This document shows, piece by piece, positions 45,538-56,527 of a stretch of DNA of 64,000 nt (positions are counted from its first letter, which is position 1; every line of letters starts with the position of its first letter). A model generated the notes under the pieces. The model was not told the origin of the DNA and made no database searches. It was given only the letters and a program-made list of their open reading frames with translations. A program made the translations under genes and the position numbers. The stretch is from the NCBI GenBank assembly GCA_963555995.3, contig OY821641.1, positions 311,399 through 375,398 on the forward strand, written 5' to 3'. The DNA is from Vicinamibacteria bacterium (GTDB lineage Bacteria; Acidobacteriota; Vicinamibacteria; Marinacidobacterales; Marinacidobacteraceae).

Positions 45538-47169
45538 ATGTCACCCGCACGACCGAAGAAGGCGAAGCGCGCGGCCAGGACTGCCGGCGGGAGCGCCACC
45601 ACCGGCTACGAGGCCGAACTCTGGGCGATGGCCGACGCGCTGCGCGGCAGCATGGACGCGGCCGAATACAAGCACGTCGTCCTCGGGCTCATCTTCCTGA
45701 AGTACATCTCGGACGCCTTCGAGGAGACGTACGCCCGCCTGGAGGCCGAGAGGGACGAGGGCGCGGACCCGGAAGACCCGGACGAGTACCGCGCTGACAA
45801 CGTCTTCTGGGTGCCCCCGGAGGCCCGCTGGAACCGCCTCCAGGCGCAGGCGAAGCAGGCCACGGTCGGCCGGCTCGTGGACGACGCGATGGCGGGTATC
45901 GAGCGCGACAACCCGGCCCTCAGGGAGGTGCTGCCCAAGGAGTACGCGCGCCCGGCGCTCGACAAGCAGCGGCTCGGCCAGCTCATGGATCTGGTCAGCA
46001 ACATCCGGGTCGGAGACAGGGAAGCCCGCTCCCGGGATGTCCTCGGCCGGGTGTACGAGTACTTCCTCTCCGAGTTCGCGAACGCCGAGGGCAAGAAGGG
46101 CGGCGAGTTCTACACGCCGCGCTGCGTCGTCCGGCTGCTCGTCGAGATGATCGAGCCGTACCAGGGCCGGGTGTACGACCCGTGCTGCGGCTCCTCCGGG
46201 ATGTTCGTCCAGTCCGTCGAGTTCATCGAGGCGCACGCGAGCGGCAACGGGAACGCCCGGACCACGCCCTCGGGGGCCAAGGCGGACATCTCGATCTACG
46301 GTCAGGAGTCCAACTACACGACCTGGCGGCTCGCCCGGATGAACCTGGCCATCCGCGGCATTGGTGGCCAGATCGCCCAGGGCGACACCTTCCACAACGA
46401 CCGGCATCCCGACCTGCGAGCCGACTTCATCCTGGCGAACCCGCCGTTCAACGTGTCCGACTGGGGAGGCGACCGCCTCACCGAGGACCCGCGGTGGGAA
46501 TACGGCGTGCCGCCGAAGGGCAACGCGAACTTCGCGTGGGTGCAGCACATCGTCCACCACCTGGCGCCGACAGGTGTCGCCGGGTTCGTCCTCGCCAACG
46601 GGTCCATGTCCTCGCAGCAGTCCGGGGAAGGGGAGATCCGCAAGAACCTGATCGAAGCGGGTCTCGTGGACTGCATGGTCGCCCTGCCGGGGCAGCTCTT
46701 CTACTCGACCCAGATCCCGGCGTGCCTCTGGTTCCTGTCCCGGCGGCGGTTCGGCGGCGGCCTGCGCGACCGGCGCGGCGAGGTGTTGTTCGTGGACGCC
46801 CGGCGGCTCGGCCGCATGGTGACCCGCCGCCACCGCGAACTGACGGACGCGGAGATCACCCGGATCGCGGACACCTACCACGCCTGGCGCGGCGAGGAAG
46901 GAACGGGCGACTACGAGGACGTCCCGGGCTTCTGCCGGAGCGCCCCGCTCGACGAGGTGCGGAAGCACGGGTACGTGCTGACGCCTGGACGGTACGTGGG
47001 CGCGGAGCCGGAAGAGGACGACGGGGAACCGTTCGAGGCGAAGATGAAGCGGCTCGCCGCGGAGTGGCGGGAACAGCAGGCCGAGGCGGCGCGGCTCGAC
47101 GCGGAGATCGCGGCCAATCTCGCAGCGCTGGGTTTCGGGGACGGTGGTGGCGGCAATTCAGCGACTTGA
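45538..47169 (+). CDS. hsdM: Type I restriction-modification system methyltransferase subunit HsdM
   Basis: HsdM N-terminal block '[32 protein letters not shown]', AdoMet motif '[12 protein letters not shown]', catalytic 'ILANPPFN'. Confidence 0.92.
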   Translation: MSPARPKKAKRAARTAGGSATTGYEAELWAMADALRGSMDAAEYKHVVLGLIFLKYISDAFEETYARLEAERDEGADPEDPDEYRADNVFWVPPEARWNRLQAQAKQATVGRLVDDAMAGIERDNPALREVLPKEYARPALDKQRLGQLMDLVSNIRVGDREARSRDVLGRVYEYFLSEFANAEGKKGGEFYTPRCVVRLLVEMIEPYQGRVYDPCCGSSGMFVQSVEFIEAHASGNGNARTTPSGAKADISIYGQESNYTTWRLARMNLAIRGIGGQIAQGDTFHNDRHPDLRADFILANPPFNVSDWGGDRLTEDPRWEYGVPPKGNANFAWVQHIVHHLAPTGVAGFVLANGSMSSQQSGEGEIRKNLIEAGLVDCMVALPGQLFYSTQIPACLWFLSRRRFGGGLRDRRGEVLFVDARRLGRMVTRRHRELTDAEITRIADTYHAWRGEEGTGDYEDVPGFCRSAPLDEVRKHGYVLTPGRYVGAEPEEDDGEPFEAKMKRLAAEWREQQAEAARLDAEIAANLAALGFGDGGGGNSAT

Positions 47170-47430
47170 GATCACAATCCGTGATGTCAAGTCGGGACGG
47201 GCGCCCGTCTCTCCCGCTCCCATTGCTGAACCGGGTGTCTTGATGTTCTCCGGAGTGCTGCGCAGTCCGCGCGCTGTTACGGTTCAGAAGATGCGGAAGG
47301 CGACCCGATTCCACCTCGACAGCTCTGCGGGATTCGGGGAGCTGGTTTCGGGAACGGTCGTCCAGTGTGGGGCTGGTGGTGGCCGCCCCGGCATACAGAC
47401 GCGCCCGATCCCACCGGGGAGTCGCCCGCG

Positions 47431-48729
47431 ATGACGTTCGACGCGGCAGACGTTCGGGAACGAATCCGCCTCGGCGAGGACGCGCGCTGGGAGCTCAAGG
47501 AGGTGGTGTTTCGAGGGAACCGCCTCGTCGGTCCCCGGCCTGACGCGCTTGCGGATGAGTTGGCCGCCTTCGCCAACGGTCGTGGCGGCATTTTGCTCCT
47601 CGGCGTGACCGAGGGTGGCGAGGTCCAGGGAGTCACCCGTACCCAACTCGATGAGCTTGACCGTAACGTCGTGGACCTCTGCCACAACCGGATCACGCCC
47701 CCTATCGAGGTCGATATCCGCCGTTTCCTCATCGAACCCGGGAAACCGGTCCTCTCCGTCGAGGTCGAACCGGGCTACGCCCAGCACGACAGCCCCGGCG
47801 GCGCGTACCAGCGCTTCGGCGGCAGCAAACGGCGGATGTCGCCGGATGAACGGCGTCGGCTCGCCGAGATCCGAAATCAGGCCCCCTTTCGGTGGTTCGA
47901 CAAGCAACCGGTGCCAGGCACCGGACTCGGCAGTCTCGACGACGCGCTTTGGGAACCGATGCTGGACGCTCAGGGACGGCTCGATCCCAGAAGAGGCCTT
48001 GCGAGACTGGCTCTCCTGGCGTCCGAAGCCGAGGCGGCGGCTGAAGCGACCGTCGCCGGCGTTTTGCTGTGCAGCCGCGCGCCGGAGCGATGGCTGCCAA
48101 ACGCCTGCATCACGGCGACTCACTATCGGGGCAAGGACCGCAGTTCCCCGCAGTTGGACGCGCGGGTCATCACGGGGCCGCTCCACCGGCAGGTCGCCGA
48201 CGCCATGACCTTCGTCGAGCGGAACATGCAGGTCGATGCCCACAAGACGTCAGCCCGGATGGATCAGCCCGAATACAGCCTCGAAGCGGTGTTCGAGGCG
48301 CTGGTGAACGCCGTGGCGCACCGCGACTACACGATCCGGGAAAGCCCAATCCGGCTTTCGATGTTCTCGGATCGGTTGGAGATTGCTACTCCGGGTCGGC
48401 TGCCGGGCAGTCTGACCGCCGATACGATGGGCAGCCGTCAGGCAACACGGAATGAAGCCATCGTTTCCATATTGACCGACATCGCGCTGGATGGAGTTTC
48501 CCGCTCGGGCAGCCCAGGTTTCTTGATGACGCGGCGCGGCGTCGGTATTGCCACTATCGCCCATAGAACCCGACGGCTCACGGGCCGGTCGCCCGTATAT
48601 GACGTGTCGGACGATGCCGTTACCCTCACGATTCCGGCGTCTCACCGCACAATGCCGAAGCTCTTCGCGAGAGCTTCCCGGCAAGGACGGGCCGCCGGCG
48701 GAACCGCCGATGCGAGGTTGGCAGGATGA
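47431..48729 (+). CDS. AlbA_2 (Schlafen-like) plus HATPase_c_4 domain protein ('RecG-like' putative DNA-binding/ATPase regulator)
   Basis: N-terminus 'GEDARWELKEVVF...ELAAFANGRGGILLLGV' (AlbA_2). C-terminus 'EALVNAVAHRDY...IRLSMFSDRLEIATPGRLPG' (HATPase_c_4). Its stop overlaps the next start (ATGA). Confidence 0.8.
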   Translation: MTFDAADVRERIRLGEDARWELKEVVFRGNRLVGPRPDALADELAAFANGRGGILLLGVTEGGEVQGVTRTQLDELDRNVVDLCHNRITPPIEVDIRRFLIEPGKPVLSVEVEPGYAQHDSPGGAYQRFGGSKRRMSPDERRRLAEIRNQAPFRWFDKQPVPGTGLGSLDDALWEPMLDAQGRLDPRRGLARLALLASEAEAAAEATVAGVLLCSRAPERWLPNACITATHYRGKDRSSPQLDARVITGPLHRQVADAMTFVERNMQVDAHKTSARMDQPEYSLEAVFEALVNAVAHRDYTIRESPIRLSMFSDRLEIATPGRLPGSLTADTMGSRQATRNEAIVSILTDIALDGVSRSGSPGFLMTRRGVGIATIAHRTRRLTGRSPVYDVSDDAVTLTIPASHRTMPKLFARASRQGRAAGGTADARLAG

Positions 48730-49211
48730 TCGCCGAAAAGGAACCGAGAATTGACTACTCCAGGTTCCAACTCTCCCTCAGACGGCTGGTGGAACAACAT
48801 GACAACCTCTTGGCCGCCGACGATGCGCTTTCGCGGCTGGACCGCGAGGCGCGTACCGAATCGGTGATTCGGCGTTTCAAGATGTGCTACGACTGCCTGT
48901 GGAAGGTCTTGAAGCGCTACCTCATCCAGAATCTCGGACTGGCTGATCCGCCAAATAGTCCTGTCCCGCTCTTCCGTCTGGCCGCGGAGAACGGTGTGTT
49001 CGATTCACCCGTTGAGCAGTGGATGCGGTACGTGGCCGCGCGAGTTGACACTGCCCACCACCACGACGGGGAGAAGGCGAAGCGCTGCCTCGATACCGTG
49101 CCCGAGTTTCTGGACGACGCCATCCATCTCTATGGGACGATAACGGGTGAACCATGGGGCAGCAATCCTGCCGCGCCGTTTGCCGCCGGTAGTGCACCAT
49201 GCTGGACCTGA
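48726..49211 (+). CDS. HEPN domain protein, HI0074 (nucleotidyltransferase substrate-binding) family, paralogue 1
   Basis: 'VIRRFKMCYDCLWKVLKRYL' and an R-x4-H motif 'RVDTAHHHD'. No Tyr two residues after the His. Confidence 0.8.
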   Translation: MIAEKEPRIDYSRFQLSLRRLVEQHDNLLAADDALSRLDREARTESVIRRFKMCYDCLWKVLKRYLIQNLGLADPPNSPVPLFRLAAENGVFDSPVEQWMRYVAARVDTAHHHDGEKAKRCLDTVPEFLDDAIHLYGTITGEPWGSNPAAPFAAGSAPCWT

Positions 49212-49621
49212 CTCCGCTCGACAACGCCATAGCCCAACTCGAAGAGGCGCTCGATTTCCACGGGTCTGACCTTGCTGCCGAGCAGCCGCGACTCCGGCTC
49301 CAGTTGCGCGCGGCCGCGATTCAGGCGTTCGAATTCACGTACGAGCTCTCCTTCAAGATGCTTGGCCGGTATCTGGAGCAAGTTATGCCGAATCCAGCGG
49401 CAGTGGACAAGATGCCGTTCAAGGACCTGATCCGGGAAGCGCTGGGTCGCGGGCTGCTCGCCGCGGACGTAGATGCGTGGGAGCGGTTCCGGAAGTTTCG
49501 GGGAACGACCAGCCACACCTACGACGCCGGAAAGGCACAGGCCATCTTCGAAGGCATTCCGGAGTTTCTGGACGAAGTCCGGTATCTCCGGAAGCGGCTC
49601 CGCACCAACGTGGAAGGGTGA
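49199..49621 (+). CDS. HEPN domain protein, HI0074 family, paralogue 2
   Basis: 'AIQAFEFTYELSFKMLGRYL' and the canonical 'RGTTSHTYD' (R-x4-H-x-Y). It overlaps paralogue 1 by 13 nt. Confidence 0.85.
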   Translation: MLDLTPLDNAIAQLEEALDFHGSDLAAEQPRLRLQLRAAAIQAFEFTYELSFKMLGRYLEQVMPNPAAVDKMPFKDLIREALGRGLLAADVDAWERFRKFRGTTSHTYDAGKAQAIFEGIPEFLDEVRYLRKRLRTNVEG

Positions 49622-51255
49622 TGGCGCCCGCGATTGATCTTCGTCCGGATCACCGGAAGATCGTCGAGGACATCCTGCGCGACCACCTCCCGGATGGCGC
49701 CAAGGTCTGGGTCTTCGGAAGTCGCGCCGAGTGGACCACCAAGGATTCTTCCGACCTGGACCTCGCGCTCGAAGGTGACGGGCCGCTCGATCGCCGGATC
49801 GTGATGGCGCTCGAACTGGCTTTCGAGGAGTCGTTCCTCCCGTTCCGGGTGGACGTGGTGGATCTGGAGCGGGTGCAGGAGCGGTTTAGAGAGATCGTGC
49901 TCCGAAGCCGCGTTGGCCTGTCTTTGCCGAGGGATGGTGAGGCAACGTATACGAATCGAGGCGAGATGGGGTTCTCAGATGCCTTCCTAGTGAATCCAAG
50001 AGTCAAGCTGGAACGAGATGTGGAGTATCCGTTCGTCGAAATGAGTGATCTGATGCCGGGTCTGCGTGCGGCTGTGTCAACGCGGCGTCGTCGGTTTCGC
50101 GGTGGCGGTTCTCGCTTCAGAGCCGGTGACACTTTGATGGCGCGAATAACGCCATGTCTCGAAAACGGCAAGATTGCCCGTTACGTGGCAACACGGAAAG
50201 ACGACGTAGGACATGGTTCGACCGAATTCATTGTCATTCGAGGCCGCCCCGATGTAACGGATACCGAGTTTGCCTTCTATGTGACGCGTTCAGATTCAGT
50301 CCGGGAATACGCGATCTCTCAGATGAGTGGCACATCGGGCCGGCAGCGCGTCCCAGTGGACGCGTTGAACACTCTGATGGTTTCTGTACCAAGCCTTCCT
50401 GAGCAGCGCGCAATCGCGAGCGTTCTCGGGACGCTCGATGACCGCATCGAGCTGAACCGGCGGATGAACGAGATATTGGACGCGATGGCGCGGGCGCTCT
50501 TCAAGTCCTGGTTCGTGGACTTCGATCCTGTACGGTCAAAAATGGAAGGCCGCGACGCGGGTCTGCCGTCCGAGATCGCCGACTTGTTCCCGGACCGGCT
50601 GGTGGAGTCGGAGTTGGGCGAGATTCCCGAGGGATGGGCCGTCATGCCGCTTGCAGAGGTCATGGAAATCAACCCCGTCCGCACACTCAGTAGGGGTCAC
50701 ATCGCGCCCTACCTCGATATGGCAAACATGCCGAGAACGGGTCATGTTCCTCTCAGTATCCGAATGCGGAACTTCGGCTCGGGGACCCGATTTGTGAACG
50801 GCGACACGCTCATGGCGCGGATTACGCCATGCCTTGAGCATGGGAAGACAGCCTATGTGGATTTCCTCCAACACGGTGAAGTCGGATGGGGTTCGACTGA
50901 GTTCATTGTGCTGCGACCGAGGCTGCCAATCCCCGGCGAATATGCCTACTGTCTTGCGAGAAGTTCTCGTCTTCGCGAACACGCGATCGCGAGCATGACG
51001 GGGAGCAGTGGGCGACAGCGAGTTCCGCCGGCCGCGCTTTCCCAGTTCCTGGTGTGTGTGGCAACTCCGGGGATCTATCGCGCGTTTGGCGATTCGGTGA
51101 GCGCGTTGTTCGCCCGTGTGCGAGAAGGGCAGCGTCGTTCGCGTGCCGCGACTTCCCTCCGCGACATGCTCCTGCCCAAGCTCGTGTCCGGCGAAGTCCG
51201 CGTGCCCTCTACTCTGGTCGGGCGCTACAACGACCCCGCAGCGCCTGCGACCTGA
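49621..51255 (+). CDS. hsdS: fusion protein: minimal nucleotidyltransferase (MNT) domain plus Type I specificity subunit HsdS
   Basis: Residues 1-100 carry pol-beta NTase motifs 'VFGSRAEWTTKDSSDLDLAL' and 'FRVDVVDL'. The rest is a two-TRD HsdS ('GDTLMARITPCLENGK', central 'LPEQRAIASVLGTLDDRIELNRRMNEILDAMARALFKSWFVDF', 'GDTLMARITPCLEHGK', 'LRDMLLPKLVSGEV'). There is no stop between the domains. The ATG overlaps the HEPN2 stop (TGATG). Confidence 0.8.
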   Translation: MAPAIDLRPDHRKIVEDILRDHLPDGAKVWVFGSRAEWTTKDSSDLDLALEGDGPLDRRIVMALELAFEESFLPFRVDVVDLERVQERFREIVLRSRVGLSLPRDGEATYTNRGEMGFSDAFLVNPRVKLERDVEYPFVEMSDLMPGLRAAVSTRRRRFRGGGSRFRAGDTLMARITPCLENGKIARYVATRKDDVGHGSTEFIVIRGRPDVTDTEFAFYVTRSDSVREYAISQMSGTSGRQRVPVDALNTLMVSVPSLPEQRAIASVLGTLDDRIELNRRMNEILDAMARALFKSWFVDFDPVRSKMEGRDAGLPSEIADLFPDRLVESELGEIPEGWAVMPLAEVMEINPVRTLSRGHIAPYLDMANMPRTGHVPLSIRMRNFGSGTRFVNGDTLMARITPCLEHGKTAYVDFLQHGEVGWGSTEFIVLRPRLPIPGEYAYCLARSSRLREHAIASMTGSSGRQRVPPAALSQFLVCVATPGIYRAFGDSVSALFARVREGQRRSRAATSLRDMLLPKLVSGEVRVPSTLVGRYNDPAAPAT

Positions 51256-51455
51256 TGTTCGTCGGGCGTGATCCAGGGCGGGAAGCAACACGTGCAGAAT
51301 TTGCACAAGTTCGATTTCGGCACGGGAGGCCCGGATCTCTCCGGGTGCATCCTGGGGGCTGGTTGTCCGACGGGACCTCCGAAGACGGATTGAGACATCT
51401 GTGCGGCTTGTCCCAGAGCACGGCCCAAAAGGTGGGGGCAACTAGTAAGGATTCC

Positions 51456-52978
51456 TTAACAGCCTGTGGTGAAACTCCGCTGGGCGGGATTGAGTGCGCT
51501 GGCGGGGCTTCGTAGAATTTTCGCATGGCTATGGGACGTCGCGGGACGCGGCGGCAAGGGTTGTGGATTGCGACCGGGGCGCTGCCTCGGAGCAAGGGGG
51601 ATCCGTTTTACGAGCGTCTGAATAAGGTTCTCGGGGGGGATCGCTTTGACGAGTATGTGGAGGAGCGGTGTGAGCGTCACTACGCGCCGGACGGTCGTCC
51701 TGGGCTTGCGCCTGGGCGGTATTTCCGCTGCCTTCTGATCGGGTATTTCGAGGGTCTGGACTCGGAGCGATTGATCGCGTGGCGGGTGAACGACTCCCGC
51801 AGCCTGTTGCGGTTCCTGGGTTACGGGCCGGCGGACAGCGGGCCGGATCATTCGACGATTTCGCGGACGCGCCGTCGGGTGAGTGAGGAGACGCACGCGG
51901 AGGTGTTCGGCTGGGTTGTGGAGCGGGTGAAGCGAGCGGGGCTTCTGCGGGGGGATGCGCTGGGGGTGGATACGACGACGCTGATGGCGAACGCCTCGAT
52001 GCGGAAGATCGTGCGACGGGACAGCGGGGAGGGCTACCGGGAGTATGTGAGGAGGTTGATGGAGGAGTCGGGGATCGAGGCTCCGACGTTGGAGGAGTTG
52101 GCGCGCTACGACCGGACGCGGAAGAAGCGGTTGTCGAACGGCGACTGGGCGCATCCGGTGGACCCCGAGGCCCGCATCAGTCGGCTGAAGGATGGCCGGA
52201 CGCGGATGGGGTACAAGGCGGAGCACGCCGTGGACCTGGCGAGTGGCGCGATCGCGGCGGTGACGGTCCAACCCGGGGACCGCGGGGACACCAAGACCCT
52301 GCCGCAGACCCTGGACGAAGCGGAGAAGCATGTGGGGGCCGGGGCGGCGGAGGCTGAAACGCCGGGGAAGCCAACGGCTTGCCGGAAGGAGGGGAAGCCC
52401 CGGTCCTTGGTGTGTGACAAGGGGTATCACAGCGATGCGGTGATCGAGCAGACGCGGGAGCGTGGTTACCGTTCGTACATCGCGGAGCCGAAGCGCGGGC
52501 GTCGTCGCTGGCGGGGTCGAGAGTCCCTGCGTCGCGCGACATACGGCAACCGTCGGCGGGTTCGTGGAAATCGCGGCACCCGGCTGCGAAGACGGCGCCA
52601 CGAACTGACGGAGCGTTCCTTCGCGCACTGCTACGAGACCGGCGGGATGCGCCGGGTGTGGTTGCGGGGCAGTGGGAACATTCGAAAACGTCTGCTGATC
52701 CACACCGCTGGCTTCAATCTGTCGCTGCTCATGCGGCGCCTGACCGGGATCGGGAAACCAAAGGGCCTCCAGAACCGGAACATGGAGGCCATGCAGCGCC
52801 ACTTGTCGCCCGGACGGGCCTCCCTGTGGCGCATCGTGCACCTCTGGCGCCGTTGTCCGACCGCGATCCTCGTTCTCTTGACCGAACCCCCGTCCTGGCC
52901 GTGTCTCCACGAGCAGAAGCTCGACGCTCATTCCCGACGGAATCCGCCGTGAACGCCACTTTCACCACAGGCTGTTAA
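51456..52978 (+). mobile_element. IS5-superfamily (IS1182-like) insertion sequence, 1,523 bp
   Basis: Perfect 19-bp terminal inverted repeats: 'ttaacagcctgtggtgaaa' (51456..51474) and 'tttcaccacaggctgttaa' (52960..52978). The outermost TTAA could instead be a target duplication. One transposase ORF. Confidence 0.85.
51525..52952 (+). CDS. IS5/IS1182-family DDE transposase
   Basis: InsH-type N-terminal domain ('FRCLLIGYFEGLDSERLIAWRVNDSRSLLRFLGY..HSTISRTRRR'). DDE region ('LGVDTTTLMANAS', 'CDKGYHS', 'ERSFAH...RGSGNIRKRLLIHTAGFNL'). Confidence 0.85.
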   Translation: MAMGRRGTRRQGLWIATGALPRSKGDPFYERLNKVLGGDRFDEYVEERCERHYAPDGRPGLAPGRYFRCLLIGYFEGLDSERLIAWRVNDSRSLLRFLGYGPADSGPDHSTISRTRRRVSEETHAEVFGWVVERVKRAGLLRGDALGVDTTTLMANASMRKIVRRDSGEGYREYVRRLMEESGIEAPTLEELARYDRTRKKRLSNGDWAHPVDPEARISRLKDGRTRMGYKAEHAVDLASGAIAAVTVQPGDRGDTKTLPQTLDEAEKHVGAGAAEAETPGKPTACRKEGKPRSLVCDKGYHSDAVIEQTRERGYRSYIAEPKRGRRRWRGRESLRRATYGNRRRVRGNRGTRLRRRRHELTERSFAHCYETGGMRRVWLRGSGNIRKRLLIHTAGFNLSLLMRRLTGIGKPKGLQNRNMEAMQRHLSPGRASLWRIVHLWRRCPTAILVLLTEPPSWPCLHEQKLDAHSRRNPP

Positions 52979-53012
52979 TGGTTCGATCCGAAGGGCGCCG
53001 GACGGTTCGCCC

Positions 53013-56141
<3,129 letters not shown>

Positions 56142-56194
56142 GCGGTTACCAGGCGCAGCTCCCGGGTTCCCCGGTTGCTCTGTAGGAGGTCTTC

Positions 56195-56527
56195 ATGACT
56201 CATAAACCCGATGCCCTTGAACGAGATTTCGACGCCGCGATGATGCAGATCTACTACCGTGCGAAGGACGAGGTGGGATACAACGCGAACCGGTTTCTGC
56301 AAATGCTGCACGACTACGGCGGCGTTGAAACCGCCAGGCGCCTGCTACCGGCCATGTCCGACGGATTCACTGCACTCTACGAACACTGTCGTCTCGACCT
56401 GACCGTCGAGTACCTCGTGCTGCAACCCCGATGGCATCAACTCTTCACGGATGAAGAGCGAGACACGGCGCGTCGCCGTCTCAAGTGCTGCGGGATGGAG
56501 GTTCCGGCCGTATCTCGTTCGGACTAA
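56195..56527 (+). CDS. hypothetical protein (110 aa) downstream of hsdR
   Basis: Protein-like composition ('RFLQMLHDYGGVETARRLL', 'LTVEYLVLQPRWHQLFTDEE'), 53 nt after hsdR. No family recognised. Confidence 0.6.
   Translation: MTHKPDALERDFDAAMMQIYYRAKDEVGYNANRFLQMLHDYGGVETARRLLPAMSDGFTALYEHCRLDLTVEYLVLQPRWHQLFTDEERDTARRRLKCCGMEVPAVSRSD

Noticed and set aside
51209-51595. A minus-strand 128-aa ORF spanning the hsdS-IS gap and the IS left end.
   Set aside because: It crosses the IS terminal inverted repeat, has no motifs and lacks protein-like composition. It is most likely spurious.
52979-53000. A tRNA T-loop-like 'ggttcgatcc' right at the IS right end, which could mean IS insertion into a tRNA gene.
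   Set aside because: Joining the two IS flanks gives no T-stem complementarity, no acceptor stem and no anticodon arm, so this is not a tRNA.
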